DNA from: Eledone cirrhosa
Taxonomy: Eukaryota
DNA length: 64,000 bases
Direction: 5' to 3'
NCBI GenBank assembly: GCA_964016885.1
Contig: CAXHJY010000322.1
Coordinates: forward strand, 62,001-126,000
The stretch's first letter is position 1; every line of letters begins with the position of its first letter. Of the stretch, positions 29,090 to 43,888 are shown in pieces. Position numbers and translations under genes: made by a program. A model generated the notes under the pieces. That model was not told where the DNA came from. It saw only the letters and a program-made list of their open reading frames with translations, and made no database searches.

Positions 29090-29270
29090 AATACTACATC
29101 TGTTACAATCCACTCAACTAATACTACATCTGTTACAACCCAGTCAACTAATACTACATCTGTTACAACCCAGTCAACTAATACTACATATGTTACAACC
29201 CAGTCAACTAATACTACATCTGTTACACTCCAGTCAACTAATACTACATCTATTACACTCCAGTCAACTC
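29090..29270. repeat. 30-bp tandem repeat (CTAATACTACATCTGTTACAACCCAGTCAA), ~6 copies
   Basis: Direct tandem repeat. Confidence 0.85.
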
Positions 29271-29354
29271 TCTATTGTAGTCTACAACTGTTTCATATAT
29301 AGAAATTATGTAATGTGATGCAGAAATGTTAAACTATGTCCCAGTATATATATA

Positions 29355-29405
<51 letters not shown>

Positions 29406-29489
29406 AGGAGGTGAGTTTTATTGTAGTACATTAAAGCAATGCAGATATCGGATAAGTAGCACTCTACAGTTTGTAAGACTGGAGTATAA

Positions 29490-29840
29490 ATAATATATAA
29501 GATCAAAAGATGGTTAAAAGAGTTCCATGTATTTTATTATGCGGATTTCAAAAACAAATATCATCATGCAATAACATTTGCGTTTTCGTCACATAAAATA
29601 GGGAGACATGATATGAAGGTTAAAACACACTTGTGAATAGTGCAGTTTTAAATCAACATATCATATGTTCAACATATGATATGTTGATTTAAAACTGCAC
29701 TATTCACAAGTGTGTTTTAACCTTCATATCATATCTCCCTATTTTATGTGACGAAAACGCAAATGTTATTGCATGATGATATTTGTTTTTGAAATCCGCA
29801 TAATAAAATACATGGAACTCTTTTAACCATCTTTTGATCT

Positions 29841-29850
<10 letters not shown>
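29490..29850. repeat. 361-bp near-perfect palindrome (fold-back/MITE-like)
   Basis: 180-bp arms mirrored about C29670; one mismatch seen; right end abuts (TA)n. Confidence 0.9.
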
Positions 29851-29884
<34 letters not shown>

Positions 29885-29921
29885 CATGGAATCTGTATAA
29901 AATGTGTGTATATATAGTATA

Positions 29922-29960
<39 letters not shown>

Positions 29961-29988
29961 GTATGTGTATATATATATATATATTTAT

Positions 29989-30053
<65 letters not shown>

Positions 30054-30599
30054 TATACGTGTAGGCGCCACTAAAAAGCACCCAGCACTCACTGTAAATG
30101 AGGTTGGTGTTAGGAAGGGCATCCAGCTGTAGAAATCAAGCCAAATCAGTTCCTGTATGAGCAAGGCATGGTCAGCCGACCAGAGACTGCCCACAACAGG
30201 ACAACCCGTCTAACCCATGCTAGCGTGGAAGAATGGACTTAAAACGGTGATGATGATGATGATACACATCATACATGGGATCTGTATAAAATGTGTGTAT
30301 ATATAGTATATATATATATATATATATAAATATATAACGAAGGAAATGTGGTAAGGAACCAGGTGGACCATAACACACCAAAGTACTCAATACTTAGGGT
30401 AGTAGAGTGGGTAATAGGAACGAGTAGGACCCCGGCGGCTGAGCTCAAGCCGTTTCGACAGCTAATTCTGGGGTCCTACTCGTTCCTATATATATATATA
30501 TATATACATCATACATGGAATTTGTATAAAATGTGTGTATATATATATATATATATACTCATCATACATGGAATCTGTATAAAATGTGTGTATATATAG

Positions 30600-30632
<33 letters not shown>

Positions 30633-30664
30633 CATACATGGGATCTGTATAAAATGTGTATATA

Positions 30665-30720
<56 letters not shown>

Positions 30721-30752
30721 TATATACACATCATACATGGGATCTGTATAAA

Positions 30753-30807
<55 letters not shown>

Positions 30808-31635
30808 TATATACACATCATACATGGAATCTGTATAAAATGTGTGTATATAGAGTATATATATTTATATATTTATATATCCGTATGTGATTGATAGCTG
30901 AGAGAAAAGAGTACTCAATATTGGAGTAGAGTTTAAATATTCATTTTATGACGGTTAAATAGTGAGTCTTGTTACCCTGGAAGCTGTTTATCACAGAGTC
31001 ATCAGACATATAAATATATATACACTCATATATATACACACATATATATATATACACACACATATATATATACATACACACACATGGCGTTTCCCTTTAT
31101 TTTCTACGATAGATTGAGAAGTTATTCAACTGTTTATCACTTTCCTCTTTTTTGCCTTTCATCCTTACGGGGTTGATAAAAGAAAGTACCAGTAATGTAC
31201 TGGGGATAATTGCTGGCCTTGTGCCTAAAGTAGAAACAATTATTACCTGAATCGGTAGAGTATCAGACACCATGCTTTTGCGACACAGAGTTATGGCCCT
31301 TTACTTTCTGGTTTCAAATCCTGCTGTGGTTAGCTTTGCCTTTCATCCTTACGGGGTTTGATAAAATAAAGTACCAGTAATGCACTGGGGTTGATTTGAC
31401 TTTCCCCTCCCCTTAAATTGTTGGCCTTGTGCCTAAACTTGGAGTGTCTATTATATGGCTCTTTACATTCTCTGTTCAGATCCCTCCAAGGTCAACTTTG
31501 CCATCCTTCTGGGGGTTGATAAAGTACCAGTCATTTACTGGAGTCCATTAACTTTTCCCAGCCTTCAAATTGCTGGTCTTGTGCTTAAATTAGAAACCCT
31601 TATTTTATCCTTTTAGTCATTAACAATTTTTAAAA

Positions 31636-33528
31636 CCACTACCAACCCCACCCCACCACTACCAACACCACCCCACCACTACCAACACCACTACCCCACT
31701 ACAAACACCACCCCACCACTACCAACACCACCCCACCACTACCAACACCACTACACCACCCCACCACTACCGACACCACCCCATCACTAAAAACACCACT
31801 ACACCACCCCACCACTACCGACACCACTACACCACCCCACCACTACCAACACCACCCCACCACTACCAACACCACTACACCACCCCACCACTACCGACAC
31901 CACCCCATCACTACCAACACCACTACACCACCCCACCACTACCAACACCACCCCACCACTACCAACACCACCCCACCACTACCAACACCACCCCACCACT
32001 ACCAACACCACCCCACCACTACCAACACCACCCCATCACTACCAACACCACTACACCACCCCACCACTACCAACACCACCCTACCACTACCAACACCACC
32101 CTACCACTACCAACACCACCCCACCACTACCAACACCACCCCACCACTACCAACACCACCCCATCACTACCAACACCACTACACCACCCCACCACTACCA
32201 ACACCACTACACCACCCCACCACTACCAACACCACCCTACCACTACCAACACCACCCCACCACTACCAACACCACCCCACCACTACCAACACCACCCCAT
32301 CACTACCAACACCACTACACCACCCCACCACTACCAACACCACTACACCACCCCACCACTACCAACACCACCCTACCACTACCAACACCACCCCACCACT
32401 ACCAACACCACCCCACCACTACCAACACCACCCCATCACTACCAACACCACTACACCACCCCACCACTACCAACACCACTACACCACCCCACCACTACCA
32501 ACACCACCCTACCACTACCAACACCACCCCACCACTACCAACACCACCCCACCACTACCAACACCACCCCATCACTACCAACACCACTACACCACCCCAC
32601 CACTACCAACACCACCCCACCACTACCAACACCACCCCATCACTACCAACACCACTACACCACCCCACCACTACCAACACCACCCCACCACTACCAACAA
32701 CACCCTACCACTACCAACACCACTACACCACTACCAACACCACCCCACCACTACCAACACCACCCACCACTACCAAAACCACCCCACCACTACCAACACC
32801 ACCCCATCACTACCAACACCACTCCACCACTACCAACACCACCCCACCACTACCAACACCACCCCATCACTACCAACACCACTACACCACCCCACCACTA
32901 CCAACACCACCCCACCACTACCAACACCACCCACCACTACCAAAACCACCCCACCACTACCAACACCACCCCATCACTACCAACACCACCCCATCACTAC
33001 CAACACCACCCCACCACTACCAACACCACCCCACCACTACCAACACCACCCCATCACTACCAACACCACTACACCACCCCACCACTACCAACACCACCCC
33101 ACCACTACCAACACCACCCCATCACTACTAACACCACCCCATCACTACCAACACCACTCCACCACTACCAACACCACTCCACCACTACCAACACCACTCC
33201 ACCACTACCACTACCAACACCACCACTACCAACACCATCCACACCACTACCAACACCACCCCCACCACTACCAACACCACCCCCACCACTACCAACACCA
33301 CTACCAACACCACTACCAACACCACCCCCACCACTACCAACACCATCCCCACCACTACCAACACCACTACCAACACCACCCCCACCACTACCAACACCAC
33401 CCCCACCACTACCAACACCACCCCCACCACTACCAACACCACTACCAACACCACCCCCACCACCACACCCACCACTACCAACACCACTACCAACACCACT
33501 CCACCACAACAACCACCACCACCACCAC
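31636..33528. repeat. ACC-rich ~20-bp minisatellite (ACCAACACCACCCCACCACT)n
   Basis: Direct tandem repeat. Confidence 0.92.
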
Positions 33529-34149
33529 GTTCTTAGTTCAAATCCTTCCAAGTTCAATGTTTTCTTTCCATCCTTCCAGGGTTGATAAAATAAAGTACCT
33601 GTCACATACTGGGGTTGATTTAATCCACTTTGCCCTTCTGAATGTCCTCCCCTTGTACCTAGATTAGAAATATAGTGTTGGATGTTAGCAGCTCACTCAA
33701 TTCTTTGGCTTCCCTTTTGTCAGGGGTTATATTCTTAGTTCAGATCCTGCAAAGGTTCACTATAAAATAATTTAATTCTCATTATGTGGCTTTAGGGTGC
33801 TGGATTGACAGTATCGGTAGAGCGTCAGACAACATGCTTTGTGGCATAGAGTTATGGCCCTTTACATTCTGATTTCAAATCCTGTTGAGGTTAGCTTTAC
33901 CTTTCATCATTGCAGAGTCGATAAAATAAAATACCAGTAATGCACTGAGGTTGATTTAATCGACTTGCCCCAAGTTGCTGGCCTTGTGCCTAAATCAGAA
34001 ACCATTATTATTATTATCATATATGTGTGAGGCTTACGGACAATGTGTAGACTCCGAGGTGAACTTTGCCTTTCATCCTTACGGGGTCGATAGTACCAGT
34101 AATACACTGGGATAATTGCTGGCCTTGTGCCAAAATGTAGAAACAATTA

Positions 34150-35295
34150 TATATGATGACTTTAGGACAATCTATAGCCTGTATTATATATATGACTTTA
34201 TGACAATCTATTGACTATTATATATGATGACTTTAGGACAATCTATAGACTGTATTATATATGATGACTTTAGGACAATCTATAGCCTGTATTATATATG
34301 ATGACTTTAGGACAATCTATAGACTGTATTATATATGATGACTTTAGGACAATCTATAGACTGTATTATATATGACTTTAGGACAACCTATAGCCTGTAT
34401 TATATATGATGACTTTAGGACAATCTATAGACTGTATTATATATGATGACTTTAGGACAATCTATAGACTGTATTATATATGATGACTTTAGGACAATCT
34501 ATAGACTGTATTATATATGACTTTAGGACAACCTATAGCCTGTATTATATATGATGACTTTAGGACAATCTATAGACTGTATTATATATGACTTTAGGAC
34601 AACCTATAGCCTGTATTATATATGATGACTTTAGGACAATCTATAGACTGTATTATATATGACTTTAGGACAACCTATAGCCTGTATTATATATGATGAC
34701 TTTAGGACAATCTATAGCCTGTATTATATATGACTTTAGGAAATCTATAGCCTGTATTATATATGATGACTTTAGGACAATCTATAGCCTGTATTATATA
34801 TGACTTTAGGAAATCTATAGCCTGTATTATATATGACTTTAGGATAACCTATAGCCTATATTATATATGACTTTAGGATAACCTATAGCCTATATTATAT
34901 ATGATGACTTTAGGATAACCTATAGCCTATATTATATATGATGACTTTAGGACAATCTATAGACTGTATTATATATGATGACTTTAGGACAATCTATAGA
35001 CTGTATTATATATGATGACTTTAGGACAATCTATAGACTGTATTATATATGATGACTTTAGGACAACCTATAGCCTGTATTATATATGATGACTTTAGGA
35101 CAATCTATAGACTGTATTATATATGACTTTAGGACAATCTATAGCCTGTATTATATATGACTTTAGGATAACCTATAGCCTGTATTATATATGACTTTAG
35201 GACAATCTATTGACTATTATATATGATGACTTTAGGACAATCTATTGACTGTATTATATATGACTTTAGGACAATCTATAGCCTGTATTATATAT
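34150..35295. repeat. 34/37-bp minisatellite (GACTTTAGGACAATCTATAGACTGTATTATATAT[GAT])
   Basis: Direct tandem repeat with an optional GAT. Confidence 0.93.
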
Positions 35296-35610
35296 GGTGG
35301 CTTTAACTATTTGCAGCTGAAACAAGTTACCCCATGCTACTTTGGTGGACTGGGCGAGCAAGAACTGAGTGGTTCTCAAGACAGATTAGGGTGTAAGGGT
35401 CACCTCTAAATATCACTTACATCATTGATAGATGGGTTTCATTCAACTAAGATACCCTCTGTCATCTAAAACCTTAACTCTTCCATGTAGAAGTAGTAGA
35501 TATCACATCAGAATCCCCCTTCCTGGGGTTGAATAAATGGTGAAGTAGACAGCTGAAAAATGTGGATTATTACAATCTAGTTGGCTCTTGAAGTGATATC
35601 TGGTCTGGTT

Positions 35611-35651
<41 letters not shown>

Positions 35652-35707
35652 TATATATATAATATATAAGGGAACAAAGAATCAGTATTACATCATATAC
35701 ATATTTA

Positions 35708-35790
35708 ATTACATATGTTTCACTGTTGATCAGCTTGACGAGCGATCTATTAATGATGGATCCTGACTCTGAATTGGAAGCTCTTCAGAT
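35708..35790 (-). ncRNA. Candidate type I hammerhead ribozyme, long stem II
   Basis: Minus strand: at-CUGAAGA-GCU...AGU-GAAA-CAUAUG-UA-au. Palindromic stem III ACAUAUGU, GUA cleavage triplet; stem I is short. Confidence 0.55.
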
Positions 35791-36210
35791 ATGTGTTCGT
35801 CTGTCGACTCGCACCTAATAATACACACACATATCATCATCATCATCATTTTACGTCCACTTTTCCCTGCTTGCAAGGGTGGGACGGGAACTTATTCTGG
35901 CTTGATTTCTACAGCTGGATGTCCTTCCTAACACCAACCTCATTTACAGTGAGTGCTGGGTGCTTTTTTTCCGTGTTGCCTACACGTCCACTTTACAGTG
36001 GAATGATAGGTGCCCCAATCCTATTATCTCATTTCTACAGCTGAGTAAACTGGAGCAATGGAAAATAAAGTGTCTTGCTCAAGGCAACAACACATCACAT
36101 ACATACATATATATATATATGTATGTAAAAGGTAAACAGAATAACAACACAATTGGTACAGTATATGGAAGGTATATATTAGGTTAACGTTTTATATAGC
36201 AGGAAGAGGG

Positions 36211-36246
36211 TCTTAACGTTTCGGACGCTAGTCCTTCATCAGAAGA
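36211..36246 (-). ncRNA. Minimal type I hammerhead ribozyme (Penelope-associated type)
   Basis: Minus strand: UCUU-CUGAUGA-A-GGAC-UAGC-GUCC-GAAA-CG-UU-AAGA. Intact core, 4-bp stems I and II, palindromic ACGU stem III. Confidence 0.8.
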
Positions 36247-37321
36247 AAGAATGAGAAATAAAATAGATTGAGGGGACGGGCGGGATGGAATTGGAAAAAA
36301 TGTGTTTAGATAAAAATAACAGGTCCATTCATGTTGACATCGCTTGCAAAACTGTTGGTGCTGGCGTTTTGTGTATGATTTGTTTTTTAGAAAAGTGGAT
36401 GATGGAGCGTGGTGTTTGTAATTGGTTGACTCTCTTTGGATCTGTGATTGGTGAGGGGTGGGTGTGTCAGCGTCTGTTCATATGGTTTCACTGGTTGTTG
36501 ATTCAACTCATCTTGATACATGTAGCTGTTGGGTTAGTTAACCCATTTGTTACATACATTTATTTCTAATGAAAGACACTGCCTATCATTTTCAAATCCT
36601 TTAGAAAATAATCAAGAATTTGGAGGTATTTGGTTATCTCATTATTAAGCTGATGTTCAGACCATAATAAAGTTTCTTACAGGCAGGGACTTATGATGGA
36701 AGGTTTTTAGATAAAGTCCAACATTATAAAACAGTTATGTATCGTTGAACCAAGGGCAGTTTGGTATCAAAACAGTTACTCATTTCTTATGTAAATATTG
36801 GTTTTGCCATCTTCCCAGTAGGGGAAACTATTTTATTAGTAGTAGCTGTTAAAATTTGACCCTTGTAAGGTCCATGTCAGCAAGATCTGTAAGAAAGGAG
36901 ATTACAACCTACGGAATGTCCCAGACTAAACTGTGCAGGTATGCAATCCAGCTTACCAAACAAACGTAGTCTAATTAAAAAAACAATTGATGTGACAAAG
37001 TGGGACAGACTTTGTCTTTCAGTTAGCATTGTTACTGTGATTGTCTTTGATGTACAAAATGCTGTCTTAACCCTTTCACTGCCGTAATTCTTATGAAAAT
37101 CACTGCCTGTTACTTTCAAATAATTTTGAAAAAATATGAAGACTTTGGAGGGATTTAGTATTTAACTAACTTTCCTATTAATCTGGTGTTTGGAGCATAA
37201 CTTAAAGGTTTTTATAAAAAATTATGTTCAACGTTTTCTAGATAAACATAATCACTTTAAAACAGTTTTATATAACAGAACCAGAGGCAGTTTTTTAATA
37301 AAAAAAAGGTTAAGGTTTGAG

Positions 37322-37357
<36 letters not shown>

Positions 37358-37592
37358 GTAAACAGAAATAACAAAACAAACGACACAATACATGGAAGAA
37401 ATATATTAGTTTAACGCTTGAAATAGCAGGAAGAGAGTCTTAATGTTTTGGACACTAGTACTCCATTAGTGTTAGAAATATAAGATAAATAGAAAGTAAA
37501 GAGTGATGAGAGGAAGGAATGGGGAAAAAAGGGAGGAGAGGAAAAACGCAGGTGTATTCAGTCAGCCATATATATATATACATACATATATG

Positions 37593-37623
<31 letters not shown>

Positions 37624-39894
37624 CTAGGGAGCGTAACTTGGAGTTACTGTAGGTTCACCCGGGTGAGCACTCGATATTTAGGTTCACTTCAGTGTCGATG
37701 TGTAGAGCTAGACAGAGTATATTATAGTGAAAAGATAACAAGGACGATTGGTTACTCCTTCATTACATTTATTAGTAGGTGACACGCATTTCGCCACTGA
37801 TCAGCTGAAGGTTCGATCTGTAGCGATCTTTCCCGACTCTATAATCTGCGGCTCGACGGACCCCTTGAAATGCTAGTAGAAAATGAATACATGCTGTATT
37901 ATTTATTTTTCGAAATTCTTCGAAATTTTTTTATTAATTTTCAGAATTAATTGAAACATGTAATCAGTGTCATTCATTAGAAATTTGTTAATGAAAGAGT
38001 CTTGGACATTATTATTGTATCGTGTAAGACGTCATTTGGTGCTGAATTTAATATAAACCACAGTTGGCTATCAATTCCAAGAGAATTATTTGCTACACTA
38101 AAGGTCTTTCTTTTAAATTTTTTTTTTTGGGGGGGTTTTTTGCCGTTGGGGAAAGCAAAAGTGCCAAATTTTTCTATTTCTCTTATCCCCATTTAAATTA
38201 AAAAGTTGTAGCTAATGAAGACATTGTTTGCTTGTCGTACAGCATTTGTTGGTAGGTGCCATCTCGGTTCACACTCGGCTGAGGTGGCACTTTCAGTTGT
38301 TGAACATTTTTCTGAGTATCCTAGCAGTTTTAAGAAGTGTTGTTTTCTGTAAGGGACCCACCCTGACATTGGCCCCAATAGCTTTCAATTCTGTGCTCAC
38401 AGTAGCAAGTGCCCCTCAATTGGGATCACCTCAGTCTTTTTCATTGCCCACAAATGTTTTATCTCCCATGCTAGTGGTTTGTATCTCTCAACCTTCTTCA
38501 GTTCTTTGTCACATCAATATTATTATTATTGTAAAGATCAAAGGTTACCTTTGACCTTTATCCTTACGGGGTCGATAAAATAAAGTACCAGTAATGCTCT
38601 GGGGTCGATTTAATCGACTTTTCCCTCCTTTAAAATTGTTGGCCTTGTGCCTAAACCAGAAACTATTATTATTATTATTGTGAACTAACTACAGTTGTAT
38701 TTGTCGTTTACTGAGTTGAAATCTTGTTAGTGTCAACTTTGTCTCTAATCCTTCCAGGATCAAAGTACCAGTCATACACTGAGGGTTGATCTGTTTTATC
38801 CAACTGTACTACCCCTAACCATAAAATTCCAGGCCTTCTGCTCTGCTAGAAATCATTATTATTGTCAAAGGCAGTGTATAGCAGACTCGGTAGAGCACTG
38901 CAGCAGATACAATGCCTTGCTGGATATTTCTTTATATTCTAGGTGAAGTTGTCTTTACTCTAGATCCCTGTAGGGCGAGACTTTGGGGTTCAATGTTAGA
39001 AATACCAGTTATATACTGAGGTAAATTTTCAACCAACTTTAATCTTTCAACTCCTTCAACAAAATGTGGCTTTGTGTGAAGGTTAGACATTATAATAATA
39101 ATGCTTTCTGATTTAGGCACAAGGCCAGCACATTTGGGGAAGGGGAAAGTCGATTAAATCAACTCCAGTGAATTACTGGTACTTTATTTTATCGACCCCC
39201 CCCCCCCCCCACTAAGGATAAAAAGTAAAACTAACTTTGGCGGGATTTGAAATCAGAATGTATATGGCCGTAACTCTCTACCGTTCTCCGACGCTTTACC
39301 GATATTTCCAGTCCTAACAATGATTATTATTATTGTTGTTGTTTTGAAGGTGGTGGATTGGCTAAGTCGGTAGAGCGTCCGACAAATGATTATTGATATT
39401 GGTTCTGGTTTTAATCCTGCTGGGGTCAGCTTCACCTTTCATCCTTGTTAGAGTAAAGTACCAGTCATATACTGGGGTTGATTTAATATCCCTGCCATTT
39501 AAGGTTGCTGGCCTTCTGCCAAAATGAGAAGTCACTCTTCTAGTAATCATCTGTGATAGCAGCACAATTGACAAGCTGTGTTATATGTCTCTCTCTCCCT
39601 CACCCCGCTCTATCTCTCACTCCCACTCCTCCCTCTCTCACTCCCGCTCTCTCCCCCATCCCGTCTCTCCCCCACTCCGTCTCTCCCCCCACCCCATCTC
39701 TCCCCCACTCCTCTCTCCCTCTCTCCCCCTCCATCTCTCTATCTCACTCTACCCCCTCTCCCCACTATCTCACCCCCTCACGCCCCTCTCTATCTTTTAT
39801 CGAAATCTGACAAAAAGACAAAAACAAACATTTCTTCCCAGGTAAACTCTGTTGGTTCCAAACTCGTCAGCCGACTCCTGTCTTTCTTATAAAC

Positions 39895-40390
39895 ATATAA
39901 CACACACACAATCACACACTCACACTCACACTCTCACACACACAATCACACACTCACACTCACACTCTCACACACACACTCTCACACACACAATCACACA
40001 CACACAATCACACACTCACACTCACACTCTCACACACACAATCACACACTCACACTCACACTCTCACACACACACTCTCACACACACAATCACACACACA
40101 CAATCACACACTCACACTCACACTCTCACACACACACTCTCACACACACAATCACACACTCACACTCACACTCTCACACACACACTCTCACACACACAAT
40201 CACACACACACAATCACACACTCACACTCACACTCTCACACACACAATCACACACTCACACTCACACTCTCACACACACAATCACACACTCACACTCACA
40301 CTCTCACACACACAATCACACACTCACACTCACACTCTCACACACACAATCACACACTCACACTCACACTGTCACACTCACACACACACA
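39895..40390. repeat. Compound (CA)/(CT) microsatellite
   Basis: Direct. Confidence 0.9.
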
Positions 40391-40696
40391 TCTATATATA
40401 TATATATAGAGTAATGAGAAGAACTCAACGCAAGAATAGCTGTTAAAACAGCAAAATGCCGTCAATCTCAATCTCAATATATATATATATATATACATGT
40501 ATATATGTATATATATTTATATATATACATATATACATGTATATATATATACATGTATATATGTATATATATTTATATATATACATATATACATGTATAT
40601 ATATATACATGTATATATGTATATATATTTATATATATATATATATACATGTATATATATATACATGTATATATGTATATATATTTATATATATAC

Positions 40697-40727
<31 letters not shown>

Positions 40728-40733
40728 CATGTG

Positions 40734-40806
<73 letters not shown>

Positions 40807-40869
40807 ATATATATATACATGTATATATATATATATATATACATGTATATATATATATATATATACATG

Positions 40870-40946
<77 letters not shown>

Positions 40947-41003
40947 ATATATATATACATGTATATATATATATACATGTATATATATATATATATATAC
41001 ATG

Positions 41004-41109
<106 letters not shown>

Positions 41110-41217
41110 CATGTATATATATATATACATACATGTATATATATATATATGTATATATATATATACATGTATATATATATATATATATACATGTATATAT
41201 ATATATATATATACATG

Positions 41218-41248
<31 letters not shown>

Positions 41249-41249
41249 G

Positions 41250-41283
<34 letters not shown>

Positions 41284-41326
41284 TGTATATATATATATAT
41301 ATATACATGTATATATATATATATAT

Positions 41327-41364
<38 letters not shown>

Positions 41365-41376
41365 ATATATATATAC

Positions 41377-41409
<33 letters not shown>

Positions 41410-41516
41410 CATGTATATATATATATATATATACATGTATATATATACATATATATATATACATGTATATATATATATATATACATGTATATATATATAT
41501 ACATATATATATATAC

Positions 41517-41553
<37 letters not shown>

Positions 41554-41581
41554 CATGTATATATATATATATATATACATG

Positions 41582-41612
<31 letters not shown>

Positions 41613-41725
41613 GTATATATATATATGTATATATATATATACATGTATATATATATATATATATACATGTATATATATATATGTATATATATATATACAT
41701 GTATATATATATATATATATACATG

Positions 41726-41758
<33 letters not shown>

Positions 41759-41812
41759 GTATATATATATATACATGTATATATATATATATATACATGT
41801 ATATATATATAT

Positions 41813-41850
<38 letters not shown>

Positions 41851-42074
41851 ATATATATATATATACATGTATATATATATATATACATGTATATATATAT
41901 ATATGTATATATATATATACATGTATATATATGTATATATATATATATGTATATATATATATACATGTATATATATGTATATATATATATACATGTATAT
42001 ATATATATATATACATGTATATATATATATATATACATGTATGTATATATATATATACATGTATATATATATAT

Positions 42075-42126
<52 letters not shown>

Positions 42127-42180
42127 GTGTATATATATATATATATATATACGTGTATATATATATATATATACATGTAT

Positions 42181-43565
42181 ATCATCATCATCATCATCAT
42201 CATCAACGTTTAACGTCCGTGTTCCACGCTTGCATGGGTTTGGACGGGGGTAGTCCCACTTGAGGAAAGAGTGATTGTCTTGCTCGCATAGAACTGTCTG
42301 GCGGGTTTTCTACAGTTGGATGCCCTTCCTAACACCAACCACATTTATAGTGTGGGGCTGGGAGGTTTTTACCGTGTTGCCTACACGGCCACATTACAGC
42401 GTGGACTGTGTGTTTTTTTGTCGTGACACCTACACGATCTCATTTGTTTCGGCCTCGATGGCGCGGCACCAACATAACTTTACATAGAACGGGGTGGTGT
42501 GGATGGAGTGGGGGTGGTGGTGGTGGGACGGGGTGTATTTTGTTAGAGGTGCCTACTGGCTGGAGTAGGTTTTACTATATATTTAGGTAAGGCGGGTCTT
42601 CTCTGTTACTGAGTACCGCCAAAGGTCTCGGTCCAGTGACATTGTCTTGGAGAGGTGTAAGTGTGTGATGTCGGAGTTTATCAGCTCGTCCCAGGTTTTT
42701 CTAGGTCTGCCTATTCCGTGACTACCGTCTATCTTTATTGCCCTGCACTTTGTTATACAGCTATCGACTTTCATGCGCATCACGTGTCCATACCAACGTA
42801 GCCTTCTCTCGAGTAAACAACATCTGATCCCTCTTATCTCTAATTTTTTCCTTAGTTCGTTTATGCTTTGCCGTTCACGTATATTACTGTTACACATCCA
42901 GCGGAGCATGCAAGCTTCATTCCTCTCTAGTCTGCGTATATCCTCTGCACACAATGCCCAGGTCTCACTGCCATGCAGCATTGCTGTTCGTATGCAGGCA
43001 TCGTACAACCTGCCTTTCATTTTTAGTGAGAACCCTTTAGCAGCTAATAGTGGTATAAGCTCTCTGAACTTTTTCCAACCAGTTCTGACTCTAGCTACTG
43101 TACTTTCAGAGCACCCTCCCCCACTGCTGATTTTATCGCCCAGGTAACGGAAGCTGTCCACTATTTCTATGGAACCCTCTGCGCAATTGAAAGAGCTAGT
43201 ATTTTGTGGGCACTTGCTGCTACTTATTGCACCAGAGCACCGGCCACATGTAAAATCTATGTTCTTAGTTAGCTTACCTGTGATCCCACTACATCTTTTA
43301 TGCACCCATACTTTGCATTTAGGACATAAAATGGAGTTTCTACCTACGCCTTTCCTACACACCGAGCACGACCATTTCCCAGAAGGGATCGCCGCCTTGT
43401 TTTCTTTCCTACAAACTAGTACTTTGGTCTTAGCTAGGTTAATTTTAAGTCCTTTTGACTCTAGGCCGTGCTTCCATGTTTGGAATTTCTTCTCTAGCTC
43501 GGCCATTGATTCCGCTATGAGTGTCAGGTCGTCTGCGTATAGGAGTTCCCATGGGCAGCCTGTCT
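42181..43565 (-). mobile_element. 5'-truncated RTE-clade LINE (RT C-terminus with Cys-rich PHD-like finger, 3' UTR, (GAT)n tail)
   Basis: [12 protein letters not shown] at ~43525-43560, in frame with ORF 42583-43506 ([14 protein letters not shown]...CPKC...HKRC...[44 protein letters not shown]). Confidence 0.92.
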
Positions 43566-43583
43566 TATATATATATATATATA

Positions 43584-43668
<85 letters not shown>

Positions 43669-43673
43669 ATATA

Positions 43674-43720
<47 letters not shown>

Positions 43721-43801
43721 ATATATGTATGTATATATATATATATATATATGTATGTATATATAAATGTATGTATATATAAATGTATATATATATAAAT
43801 G

Positions 43802-43832
<31 letters not shown>

Positions 43833-43833
43833 G

Positions 43834-43888
<55 letters not shown>

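Noticed and set aside
30975-31010. Minus-strand CUGAUGA-CUCUGUGA-UAAACAGCUU motif
   Set aside because: The GAAA box and stems are too degenerate to call, although it may be a relic.
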